A stretch of DNA of 64,000 nt, taken from Podarcis pityusensis (Eukaryota). A program made the position numbers and the translations under genes. Below the pieces are notes generated by a model. It had not been told where the DNA came from. It saw only the letters and a program-made list of their open reading frames with translations, and did no database searches. This document shows positions 48,801-57,793 of the stretch, one piece after another (position 1 is the stretch's first letter; each line of letters begins with the position of its first letter). The DNA lies in assembly GCA_964106645.2 (NCBI GenBank), contig OZ067046.1. One strand, written 5' to 3'.

Positions 48801-50615
48801 TTGCCTCTGTCTAAAGGGAACATGAGGGCTGGCTTAAAGTGGCAAAGTGTCATTTGACCCAGTCTCTCCCATTCTTTAAAGAGCTGTCTCAAACACATTT
48901 TGCTCTGCTTCTTTCAGCAGGAGGAAGACAACAGTGGTACCCTCTCCCCCTCATCCTTAAATAAGAAGGGAAGGGGTTCTAAACCCTGTCCTCTTGCCCA
49001 ACAGTTGGTACCACCAGCAACAACAGCTGATGGGTGGGTGTGGCTTGGGAAAAATGGAACCCCTTAAGTGACCCAGGGGCTGGCAGTTCCATACCCCTGC
49101 TCTACATTATAGTTCTTCTACAAGACTAGAGCAAACAATCTTCACACAATCATCATAACCATTCTAGATCACATCTTTGTATTCCAGTCAATACAAAAGC
49201 AGAGGGGTCAAACTGAGCTGCAGACTACGTATCTATAATCTGACCCTTACCTTCTCACAATATTTGTTTTATTGTGGGACAATCAATCCCAACCTTTAGT
49301 AATTACATCCTACATTTATTCTGAATTCAAACTTTTTTTCCCTTAGGCATTTCTTAATATACAATTTAAGACATAATCATAGAATGAACTTGCAGAAATG
49401 CCCCACCACCATCACCAACGGCTGTTTACTTTGTTCTTCATGACAATGTTTTGGACTCTGAAAGTGTTATGAACCATATCCCTAAATCTACTAATTATTT
49501 CCCATTACGTTACATACTAGAAACATAGGAAGCTGCTCAGACCATTAGTCCATCTAGCTCACTACTGTCTCTGCTGATTGGCAGTGGCTCTCCAGAGTTT
49601 CATACAGGAGTCTTTCCCAGCCTTATAAGGAATGCCCAGGATTGAACCTAGGATCACTAGCACAACCCTTCTCAAACTGTATGTAATGTGCTTACACTGA
49701 AATATGTTTAGTCCCAGGCTATGCTCTTCCTGTTCTACTTCACTTTCTAATCTGAGTTTTAATTATTTTAACCTACTGTTTCTAATCATTTATTTGTTTA
49801 TTTTTTTGTTTCATGTCTGCTCTTGCCCTGATTTTGTGTTATAAACTGCACTGGGAACTATTTGGTTGAAGGGCACTTGATAAGTTAAATAAACCAGCCA
49901 ACAAAAAAAAGTGGAACAAATAGTAAGATGTCACTTGTAGAAGGTTAGCTATTTCATGTGCATGCATGACCAAACTGATTGCGCTGTTCAAAAGTAAAGA
50001 CTCTTTTGTAAGAAACAAGTTTTATTTATGACATCTGGATAAGTTTGCCTTCCACTTAAATGGATGGCAACCCATTGTGAAATTGCTACGGCTGCACTGA
50101 AATAACAAAGCATGATGTTCCCATCATTATCTTCATATTATCCAGATTTCTACCAAATTACTAATTACCCAGAGTAAACAAGGTCTTCCTCCATTAAGCA
50201 TGTAGGAAAGTGTGTATCTCAATCAGTAGGGCTATAAAGTGGCATTTGCCTCCAAAGGTTCTAACTGGCATTTGCAAATAAATCTGTTTTCTAATAAAAA
50301 AATAAAAAATACATGAACACAGAATAGGGAAAGGAGATGGGTGGGCATGAGTATAAGATTCTGTAGACTATGAAACTAACCGCTACAATTTAACCGAATT
50401 CTCCCAATCTCCATGTAGTCATTTTGCTGGTTGCCATTTTCAAAATACTGACTTAGCTCAATTACAACTGTTCACTATCATACCTGGTAGATATCAGACA
50501 GGCTGCTGCTTCCAGAGTCGCTAGTGATACTACATCCTGAATGACTAGATGAAACGTGGGTCACCTGTGGGTGGAGACTGTCAGTAAGGTGCAGTTTTGT
50601 GAAATCTGCAGGAAG
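7807..50615 (-). CDS. RAPGEF2: RAPGEF2 spliced CDS span (23 exons, 5'-partial, 1471 aa): cNMP-binding, REM, PDZ, RA, CDC25/RasGEF, PY motifs, C-terminal PDZ-binding SAV
   Basis: Exon translations match the RAPGEF2 protein as I recall it ([17 protein letters not shown]...[20 protein letters not shown]...EDEQVSAV*). All junctions are GT-AG with consistent phase; summed exon length is 4416 nt, a multiple of 3. Confidence 0.97.
9325..9630 (-). CDS. RAPGEF2: RAPGEF2 exon ([16 protein letters not shown]...PPDY...STEED), 306 nt
   Basis: tgcag|CTCGAA ... GATG|gtaaac; two PPxY motifs. Confidence 0.96.
11172..11360 (-). mobile_element. tRNA-derived SINE (degenerate)
   Basis: Reverse complement resembles the copy at 20244-20440. 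Confidence 0.7.
11914..12473 (-). CDS. RAPGEF2: RAPGEF2 exon ([10 protein letters not shown]...DSGRGS...TKGLI), 560 nt
   Basis: tctag|CTACTA ... ATTG|gtaagt; contains a DSGRGS beta-TrCP-type degron. Confidence 0.95.
14012..14237 (-). CDS. RAPGEF2: RAPGEF2 exon ([18 protein letters not shown]...DQYSI), 226 nt
   Basis: tacag|GTTATA ... ATAGG|gtaggt. Confidence 0.95.
15294..15446 (-). CDS. RAPGEF2: RAPGEF2 exon (INSPQALKK...QSSPRK), 153 nt
   Basis: tgaag|GCATAA ... AAAA|gtatgc. Confidence 0.92.
16634..16819 (-). CDS. RAPGEF2: RAPGEF2 exon ([10 protein letters not shown]...QQQQQH...KDLPPF), 186 nt
   Basis: taaag|TACCCA ... TTTG|gtaagt. Confidence 0.93.
17281..17504 (-). CDS. RAPGEF2: RAPGEF2 exon ([11 protein letters not shown]...CEPASNT), 224 nt
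   Basis: cccag|GTCTCT ... ACAT|gtgagc. Confidence 0.95.
18783..18843. repeat. Compound (GT)n(GA)n microsatellite
   Basis: Read directly. Confidence 0.95.
19404..19427 (-). CDS. RAPGEF2: RAPGEF2 24-nt microexon (KKKWRSLG)
   Basis: ttgcag|GAAGAAGAAGTGGAGGAGTTTGGG|gtaagt; the peptide is part of the reference RAPGEF2 sequence as I recall it. Confidence 0.93.
20008..20013 (-). CDS. RAPGEF2: Candidate 6-nt microexon GGGTGG (adds GG)
   Basis: tgtgcaaattaactgattcacag|GGGTGG|gtaagt; phase 2/2, frame-preserving; consensus donor. Not counted in the 23 exons. Confidence 0.55.
20244..20440 (+). mobile_element. tRNA(Ala-TGC)-derived SINE
   Basis: gggctgtagctcagtggtaga (A box) ... ttgcatgc ... ggttcaatcc (B box), body, and LINE-like tail ctcagtataaggcagc. 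Confidence 0.85.
20933..20941 (-). CDS. RAPGEF2: Candidate 9-nt microexon AGAACAAGG (adds EQG)
   Basis: aatgcttgcattcag|AGAACAAGG|gtaaga; phase 2/2, frame-preserving; two UGC motifs next to the acceptor. Not counted in the 23 exons. Confidence 0.55.
21064..21187 (-). CDS. RAPGEF2: RAPGEF2 exon ([14 protein letters not shown]...ALMFRT), end of RasGEF domain, 124 nt
   Basis: tgtag|GAAATG ... ACTAG|gtgagt. Confidence 0.96.
21310..21521 (-). CDS. RAPGEF2: RAPGEF2 exon ([10 protein letters not shown]...LTFLHE), RasGEF domain, 212 nt
   Basis: tttag|TGGCCT ... GAAG|gtaaat. Confidence 0.96.
22785..23436 (+). mobile_element. Possible degenerate solo LTR
   Basis: TGTAGAG...CTCTACA terminal inverted 7-mer; internal AATAAA at 23274-23279; no TSD found. 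Confidence 0.3.
24416..24799 (-). CDS. RAPGEF2: RAPGEF2 exon ([10 protein letters not shown]...NSMFAII), end of RA and start of RasGEF domain, 384 nt
   Basis: cccag|GTATTA ... ATAAG|gtaaac. Confidence 0.96.
24955..25195 (-). CDS. RAPGEF2: RAPGEF2 exon ([14 protein letters not shown]...IQLSG), RA domain, 241 nt
   Basis: tacag|ATTTAC ... GGAAG|gtgaga. Confidence 0.96.
27030..27296 (+). mobile_element. CR1 LINE 3' end (5'-truncated)
   Basis: ORF2 C-terminus ([40 protein letters not shown]) and ATTCTATG octamer tail. Confidence 0.92.
28524..28681 (-). CDS. RAPGEF2: RAPGEF2 exon ([10 protein letters not shown]...DFNTTP), 158 nt
   Basis: cgtag|CGATAT ... CCAG|gtgagc. Confidence 0.96.
29273..29519 (-). 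CDS. RAPGEF2: RAPGEF2 exon ([11 protein letters not shown]...PQKPY), 247 nt
   Basis: tgcag|TTTTTA ... TACAA|gtgagt. Confidence 0.96.
30583..30691 (-). CDS. RAPGEF2: RAPGEF2 exon (ILEVNGQNF...VKTNLF), PDZ domain, 109 nt
   Basis: tctag|ATATTG ... TTTG|gtaagt. Confidence 0.96.
30801..31004 (-). CDS. RAPGEF2: RAPGEF2 exon (KMGGHLRLL...LKRGDQ), PDZ domain, 204 nt
   Basis: tacag|AAAATG ... CAG|gtatgt; 89-nt upstream intron. Confidence 0.96.
31094..31201 (-). CDS. RAPGEF2: RAPGEF2 exon ([13 protein letters not shown]...NNLERE), REM domain, 108 nt
   Basis: ttcag|GTTACA ... GAG|gtatgg. Confidence 0.96.
32034..32110 (-). mobile_element. CR1 3'-tail fragment
   Basis: catagaattctagaattgtagagttggaagggacc..ggtcatctagtcc is the reverse complement of a CR1 tail. 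Confidence 0.75.
32895..33203 (+). mobile_element. Sauria SINE (5'-truncated)
   Basis: ggtttgaatccc B box, agataaataggtacc core, gtcatgctggccacatgacc, ACCTTT tail. Confidence 0.88.
33422..33586 (-). CDS. RAPGEF2: RAPGEF2 exon ([10 protein letters not shown]...PSLRDK), REM domain, 165 nt
   Basis: tatag|GGAACG ... AAG|gttgca. Confidence 0.95.
33852..34004 (-). CDS. RAPGEF2: RAPGEF2 exon (FVCIAQQDY...KGHIVIK), 153 nt
   Basis: cctag|TTTGTG ... AAG|gtatat. Confidence 0.96.
36022..36851. mobile_element. TcMar (Tc2-like) non-autonomous element, 830 bp
   Basis: TA TSD on both sides; TIR CCGTATTTTTCGCCCTATAGGG; GC-rich interior with inverted repeats. Confidence 0.88.
38087..38245 (-). CDS. RAPGEF2: RAPGEF2 exon ([14 protein letters not shown]...KVDDCQ), cNMP-binding domain, 159 nt
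   Basis: tttag|CTGGAC ... CAG|gtagaa. Confidence 0.95.
38735..39391. repeat. 20-bp minisatellite (ACGCTGATATCGCACACCCA) plus a ~175-bp unit, tandemly duplicated
   Basis: Arrays at about 38735-38852 and 39024-39218, each followed by near-identical cacgaccaaaccagacagc...ttatctgtcaaac. Confidence 0.92.
39691..39827 (-). CDS. RAPGEF2: RAPGEF2 exon ([13 protein letters not shown]...LNDGEE), cNMP-binding domain, 137 nt
   Basis: tttag|AACAAC ... GAG|gtaagt. Confidence 0.96.
40153..40330 (-). CDS. RAPGEF2: RAPGEF2 exon ([16 protein letters not shown]...DRTDDDI), 178 nt
   Basis: ttcag|GCCACA ... ATTG|gtaagc; overlaps ORF 40115..40306. Confidence 0.96.
44040..46230 (+). mobile_element. Old, degraded L2-type LINE (RT region)
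   Basis: Remnant RT motifs: STEATLIKS at about 45408, [12 protein letters not shown] at about 45635, (Y)TDDTQLYLS at about 45721; pyrimidine-rich sense strand; many frameshifts. Confidence 0.75.
49522..49660 (-). mobile_element. tRNA-derived SINE fragment
   Basis: aacataggaagctgc..cagaccatt.gtccatctagctc is the reverse complement of the 20244-20440 family tail. Confidence 0.7.
50484..50615 (-). CDS. RAPGEF2: RAPGEF2 exon ([44 protein letters not shown]), 132 nt
   Basis: tctacag|CTTCCT ... TACCAG|gtatga; phase 0/0; missed by the ORF track. Confidence 0.95.
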
Positions 50616-52249
50616 CTGTAGACAGAAACAGAAAAGGCATAATTAAATTGTGTACCTAGGCATTCACTTCATAAACATTTGAATGATTAACAGTACTTGT
50701 CAGTACTAAAACCATACAAAATTCATTAAGCAAATCCTTAAGGACAGAAGGGTTGAGAGGGTGTTTCAAATGTATGCTTTGTAAATATGTGACAAACATA
50801 AACATTACTATGGCTGTTGCTGTAAATGTTAAGAATGGAATATGACTTGCTAAGAACAAACCCTTTAGCGAGCATTTACTCATGATTCCCACTGGAATCA
50901 TGTGAACGGTCTCAAAGGAATCAGTGGGAGTTACCATGACTATATTTAGGATGGTAGTCACTGGTTTTTGCGAGATGAACACCTGTTAATGCACAAATAC
51001 TTGTGCAAGGAGGGTTGAGGGAGCAATGCTTAAATATTGGAATATGTTTCAAACTTGTTTGATTCAGTTATAAGAAACTAATGAGAAGTAGGAAAATATT
51101 ACTTAATTTGTGAGGCAGAAATGCTAAACTATAGCTATGTATCATGCAACATGTAAGCGACTGAAATTGTGTTAAACAAAGAAAGCTCTGAAATTTCTAT
51201 AGTCTGGTTTTTTAAAAAACAAAACATGATGCTCATGGCTAGCATAACCTCTCAACTGCTATGTTGTTGTTGTTGTTTAAACACAGGTTGGTTGACAACA
51301 TAAAATACTTTTTTTGGGGGGTTGCACTATTTTTTTCTAAGCAGTAATCTGAAGTAACAAATAAATAGTAAAATTATTTATCTCTCTAACCCTTAATTGT
51401 TCATTCAGAACCTATGTTGGTCAACTACAGTCACCATTCATTTTATGCTTCTCCCATAGTTCACAAATTTCCAGAGGAACCAAAAGATACAGACCCCTGT
51501 GATGCATGCATACTTAATAAGAAATTGGAGGTAGTTTCCCAAGCTTTAGACATCCTTACCACACTCCAGACCCTCTCATTCAATTAGAATGAAAGTGGAT
51601 AGGGGAGTGCATGGGACAGGAATAATAAACCTGCCTTTGCTATCTGCTCTAGCTACTTTCTTTGTTTCCAGTTCCCCTATAGGAAATGAACCAGCAGAAG
51701 ATGGAGCTCAGCTAGATTAGTCTCTATCTGGTTGCCCTCTACCCAAACTACAACTTTTAAAGAAGTTACAAGATACTACTGAAAAGCGTGGCTCCAAAGA
51801 GCCACACAGTCCTCTTTAAATATTTCCACAGCTGAGCCTGAAGCGATTCAGCTGATACTGACAGTGGGAGGTTATGGAAGAAGCTACTACTTGTCAGCTA
51901 AGCACAGTAATAAGATCCAAAGCACTTCCCCACTACTAGATTCTACTTTCGAAATGCAGAGCCTACATAAGATCACCGTTTCCATTGTAGAGAGCAACAT
52001 CTCCCTACATCACCTAATAAGAACACTTATACAAACTTGCACAACTCTAAACTTAATCTACCCTGCCTAGTTTTTCACTTAAGAATCTTATTATATTGTT
52101 TAACTAAATCATTGCACACACAAAATAACATCCATTAGTACAATGGAACTTCCCTTCTCCTACTCACCCTGCCCCCTCAAACATGCCCCCAGAGCAGATT
52201 TTGGGGTAGCACAGAAAACAGGTGATAAGTGAAAAGGAATGGAAAATTG

Positions 52250-52740
52250 CCGTATTTTTCGCTCCATAGGGTGCACCGGACCATAGGGCGTACCTAGTTG
52301 TTGTTTTTTTTTTGGGGGGGGGGGAATCAAGAAAAAAAATCTTCTCCCCCCCCCCAGCCCCAAAGAGCAGCGTACAGGCTGCGTAACCTCTCCCTTCCGG
52401 AGGGGTTGCGCGGGGCTATGGCACAAGCTAAGGCAGCGAGCGGGATGGATCCCGCTCACTGTTTTGGCTTCCTCTTTAGCCCCACACAACCTCTTCCTGC
52501 CAGGAGAGGCTGCGCAGGGCTAAAGAAGCCATAGCCCCGTGCAGCCTCTCCCTGCCGGAGGGGCTGTGTGCGGCTATCCCTGAAGCCTGGAGAGCGAGAG
52601 GGGTCGGTGCGCACCAACGCCTCTCGCTCTCCAGGCTTCAGCGAAAGCAATGCGAAAGCAATGCGAAGCCTCCGGAGCGCTGGTATTCCCCCTCAATTTT
52701 TGGAGGGGGAAAAGTGCGTCCTATAGAGCGAAAAATATGG
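52250..52740. mobile_element. TcMar (Tc2-like) non-autonomous element, 491 bp, same family as 36022-36851
   Basis: TIR CCGTATTTTTCGCTC / GAGCGAAAAATATGG; flanked by TG and TA; shares subterminal sequence with the other copy. Confidence 0.85.
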
Positions 52741-53144
52741 TATGTTGCCTTTGCAGAAGTCATTCCACACACACACAATAATTCAGTTGGATACAACTCT
52801 AAATATCTGCATGTTAAACTAAGCGCATAAAACCCCCACTCCTTGAATTGCTCATATGTAAACCTAAGACAAACCATGGCTAAGTGCAAACGTGGGTTCC
52901 TCAAGAGGAGATTATGGCCACTTTGGTCTTGCATTGGCCCTGCTGCACTGCTTGGCTTCATGCTGCAAACAAGGTTTGTTCTTGGTTTATAACTCGTTGC
53001 TTGTCTGGAGAAAACAAACCACAAGCCTTGGTTTAAATGAACACACTTGATAAATTCACAGCAGTGCAGCAGGACCAGATGAGGAGCAAATTAGCTACAA
53101 TCTCCTCTCTAGGAGGCTGAACACACAAAGCCATGGTTTGGTGT

Positions 53145-53202
<58 letters not shown>

Positions 53203-53304
53203 TAAGGCTTCACAGGTCAAAACATTTACAGAATACCATCACCATGTATAGAGAACACTTCAATGTAGAGTTATGATCCGTGTGTGTGTGTGTGTGTGTG
53301 TGTG
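53145..53304. repeat. (CA)n(GA)n and (TG)n microsatellites
   Basis: Read directly at about 53145-53198 and 53281-53304. Confidence 0.9.
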
Positions 53305-56300
53305 CAGGGTGGCCACACCTCCAGTTGGTTTGTAGACCCCAGAAAGTTGGCCAAGGTGGAATTAGCCCTACCCTCAAAACAGGCTAGCCACCCTTGCTCT
53401 ACAAATGTTCTTCTTTTTTCTGGTATTCAGGACTGCTCTTTTGTTCTTTTGTCTCTATCAAAGCCAGACTCCAAAAACTAAAGCAGAATTACAAGGTGCT
53501 GTTAAACACTGATCTAAGAAGCACCATTTTGTACTAATTAAAACTAGCATACTGATGAAGAGTATTACCCAAGAGTCATTTATGGGGTGGGGCAAATGGG
53601 GAAAAATTACAGAATACAGAAGTGTTTGTTAAAAGTAGCCTAGAGAATATGGATGCAGAAATGTGAATTCGTGATTGTCACTATAGTTCACAGTTACTGT
53701 ACTTTAGTTTTATTCCACCAAAAAATAGAATAGTCAGTTACAATTCTAAAGTGATTGTGATTAAATATTTAGGAAAACAAATTATGACCCATTCTAAAGC
53801 AGCAATTTCTCAATGTTAAAGCTCATCAGTATTTCAATAGGAAATTGTAAGGAATAACTGGGTCTCTTACTTAAGGAAAGTATGAAAGGGCCATTGAAAT
53901 GCTCTGTTAGTCATCATTTCTGAGTGACCTTATAAAGAATCATAACTATGGCTGACACAGATTAACAAAGTCCAAAGACAAAGGCATTTCAAGGTCCTGT
54001 GGTAAATTATTAAAATACATTTTCTATATTGTTTCAATTCTACAAAGCTAACATAAATACATTTTTTAAGTGTACAGTTCTGGAATCTTGACTATACCAC
54101 AGGGTTGTCATACACTATTCCCTCTCAGGCCCTTTCCAGCAATATGATTGCAACACTGAGCTACTTTGCAGAGTGGAGGTAACTCACACATTCTCAGCCA
54201 CATCACCCCCTATAATATGATACAATACTGGACTTTGTTGTGCAGGCCATTTTTTTCAATCTGCCTTTGCTGCTAACCATTTTGTTTTGGAGTGCCCAGT
54301 TACATCACTAAAATCCTTTGTATTGTGAGGATAACATGTGAGGGAGAAAATAATGTATACCTCATTGAGATCACTGGAGTAAAGCTGGGATATAAACTGA
54401 ATAAACAAAATTAACAAATGTACTTCACCCATCCACCCCCAGTCCATTTCCCAACAAACTCTCTTTGCCTGTTACTCTCACTCAGCAATCTATTAAACTC
54501 CCAGGCTTCTCTCAAAACAGTTTAGTAATGAGTATGTGAAGGGACACCCTTCTGAATTCCTGTTGCCCATTAGCCATAAAAATGCATTTTAAACAAAGAT
54601 TACAAATATTTTCTGCAACTCATGGGTAATAATGACACTTACTGGACATTCCTCTTGACCTAACACAACAAACTATTTCCCCAAAATCACAGTACAGAGA
54701 TATATTTTCCCCTAAACAACCCCAGCAAAGTCTGCAGAAGAAAAACACACATATCTTGCCAACCTTTGAGCATCAAAAGTCAAGTGGTTAACAAAATCAG
54801 AACAGTTTCTTATCCTTTCTATCCCCAAATCGGCATGAACCATCCTCAAGCTTACATTTCCTATGATGCCAAGTTTCAAATCAATCCGCTGAACTATTTT
54901 CTAACTGTACTGTCTTCCCTCCCCCCCAAAAAAAATCATCATAATGGCAGGATTCAATATAGCTGGCTCACACTTAACAGTGTCAATACTGTGGCCCTAT
55001 AAATCCTGACAAGTGATGGTTAACACTTCATGCATCTGTTTTTTAAAAAATCTTCTATAATTTATTTTGAACAAATTACATCCTCACAAGAATACAACTA
55101 GAAATGCAAAAATGAGGGAGGGGCAGATTTTAAAAGAGCGGGAAAGAAGAAATGAAATAAAATTACAGACCAAGTAATAATACAAAGGCTTTGCACAATG
55201 TACTACAGTAAGCAACATTAGGCACAAGGTTGTCATAACAATACTGTAATTCAAACAGTAATAATAATATAATTATATTTTCTTGTTCTTCCAGGTGTGA
55301 GTGAGTGTTATCCAATACCTCTTTACTCAGGAAACAATATTACCACATTCAAAGATATACAAAGGCTGGGAGTTATCTCTTATTAGCGAAATCAACAAAG
55401 TCATGTATCAATTGAAGTGGACTGCAGCCCACAAAAGTACACTGTCATAAAAGCATACAGGTCTGTATTGGTTTTGCAGCCTCTTTTTTTCTTTCTGCTC
55501 CTACAGACCAACACAGTGACCTGTCTCAAAGTTGTTCACACAGAAATGCCAACACACATTCAGCACTCTTGCTACTAAAATGTTTTCCCCTCAAATAGCT
55601 ACACTGGCATTCTGTCTATCCTTACCTTCAAGTTCCCTTCATAGCCTTGCCTCCCATATCTCACATTTCTAATATTCCAATACATCCCTCCCCATGATAT
55701 TCTCTCAAGCTCCACCAACATCCAAATGTCTCCTGCTCCTTCAGTGGCAACCTCCTCTCCTTGCTGCACTGTATGTTTGGAATTTCCTTCAGTGATACCA
55801 GCATGATGTCAGCTCTCTGACTTCATAAAAACAACATATGAGGATACCTCATTAGTTACTCCTGTCCTAACTATAGATCAGCCTGTAAGGAAGCCTAAGC
55901 ACATGTGACCAAAATAATCACATAATGCTTCCCTATTAATTTCTGGAATAATTGAACACTGCCAGTTGAACAATAAGATCTAGGTTAAAAACAAGGTTTG
56001 CAGTTATTCGTTTTATACACATCTTATTTCAAGGCAATTCATTTTCTTTCCTAACCAAGTGAAACATTGGAGGAAATATTAGTTGTATGGTTCAGTGATT
56101 TACAGGGCGGCAGTCAATATACCTAATTATAGAATAATGAACTGATTTCTATTGATTTCATTTATAGACATGCTGCACAAGGACATGCCCAACATAGTGT
56201 TAAATCTAACAGACAGTTTACACTGGAATGTAACTAATTAATGCTTTATGTTTGTATAGTTTTAGACAGCATGGAGTAGTTACCATAATTTCACATATAT

Positions 56301-57677
56301 ACCCTTCCATATCTGCTCTATGAACAAACTGTGGGGAAATATGCTACCCATAAAGATCAGTGGACACACCAACTAAACTGCTCATTTACATAATAAGCAT
56401 TATTTCATAGTTTTTGTTCATATATTACAGAAATAAGGGTAATTTCCAACAACAACTTCATGGGTCAAGGAAGAACTCAGTTACAAGTCAGAGCGCACAC
56501 ACATTCAAGATTCATAATATATCTGGAAATAGGCAACTTAAGACAACAAATCTAGATGATTATTTATTCTCAAAAAAGAGGTATGTGTTAGAATAAAAAA
56601 TTATTTCAAATACAAAGTATTACAACAACTGCATTAGTATCAATTGTTGGTGCCCTGTGTGAAATAAGTTAGGGACTAAAACTTTTCCTGTACTTACTTC
56701 AACTTTACATAACAATCTTCTAAAGTGCCCAATGAAACCAAGGAGTACCTGTTGCTATAGCTGCTTTGACGCTAAACAGGAATGGTTTGATTGATGCTAG
56801 GCTGGAAAACCACAGGAAGCCACATTTAAGTTGTTCCAAGCTTCCAAAATAAGACTGGAACCCATGTAAAGTAAATAGCATGATTGTCAGGCTATGGCTG
56901 TCAAATAAAATGGCTAATTTTGGGTCTTGACCTCACTGGCTAAAAAGACCTTCATTCTTGTCATTGTACCCTTTACTGGCACCACCACTTGCTTCATACA
57001 ACCGATTGCCTATGCTAAATGGAACCTATTAACCTTTTAACATATAAGATGCTAAGCAAACATAGAAACCATAGGAACCATAGAATTCTCCTATCATCTA
57101 CTTCTAGGGTATTAGAGGAGTTCTTATATTCAAGTGCACATGTTCAGCTACAATCAAATGGAGTTAAGCAGCTCCCAACCTCTGTGCTGGATTATTGCAT
57201 CTGAGTTTGTGTATAGTAATCTGTGATTTATTATTCACTGGTTTCCAATTAATCATCTCCCTGGAATCCTGAGATCAAACAATTGTCTCTATGTATTAGT
57301 GAAAAAAAATCCTTATTGGCCAGGTATTATAAAGTCATATTTTACAGTGGGAAACATAAAGATAAATGTTATGAACCACATCTCAAAAAGTCATTAACAG
57401 AGCTTTTTTGAGATCCTCCAATGCCTTTACAAAGAGAAAGTGATGATGTGGGCAGGTATCATAGCATTCTAAAAAGCGACAAGTGATGTTTGAAAAATGA
57501 GGTGGAATTAGTATAATCAGATCTGCTGGGAAAGGGAGTTCCTGGCCGAAGCTGCTGGACAGTGGAAAGGCATTAAAAAGCTCCAACTGGTATCCCATCG
57601 AGTTATTCTATGCAATCTACAGAGGTATTAACAATTAAAATATTAAATAAATAATGAGCAACTACAAGGGAAAGCTA

Positions 57678-57793
57678 AGGGTGGTATTCAACGAAGTTTT
57701 ACTCAAACCCATTGAAGTTAATGGACCTAACTTAGTTACGTTCATTAATTTCAATGGGTTTCATCTGAGTAAAACTTAGTTCAATACCACCCT
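57678..57793. mobile_element. Palindromic MITE
   Basis: agggtggtattcaac.aagttttactca / tgagtaaaactt.gttcaataccaccct inverted arms. Confidence 0.75.

Noticed and set aside
57383-57598. ORF MGYQLELF...GQELPFPADL as a RAPGEF2 first exon
   Set aside because: It does not match the N-terminus I recall (MKPLAIPANHGVMGQQEKHS), and I found no convincing in-phase donor.
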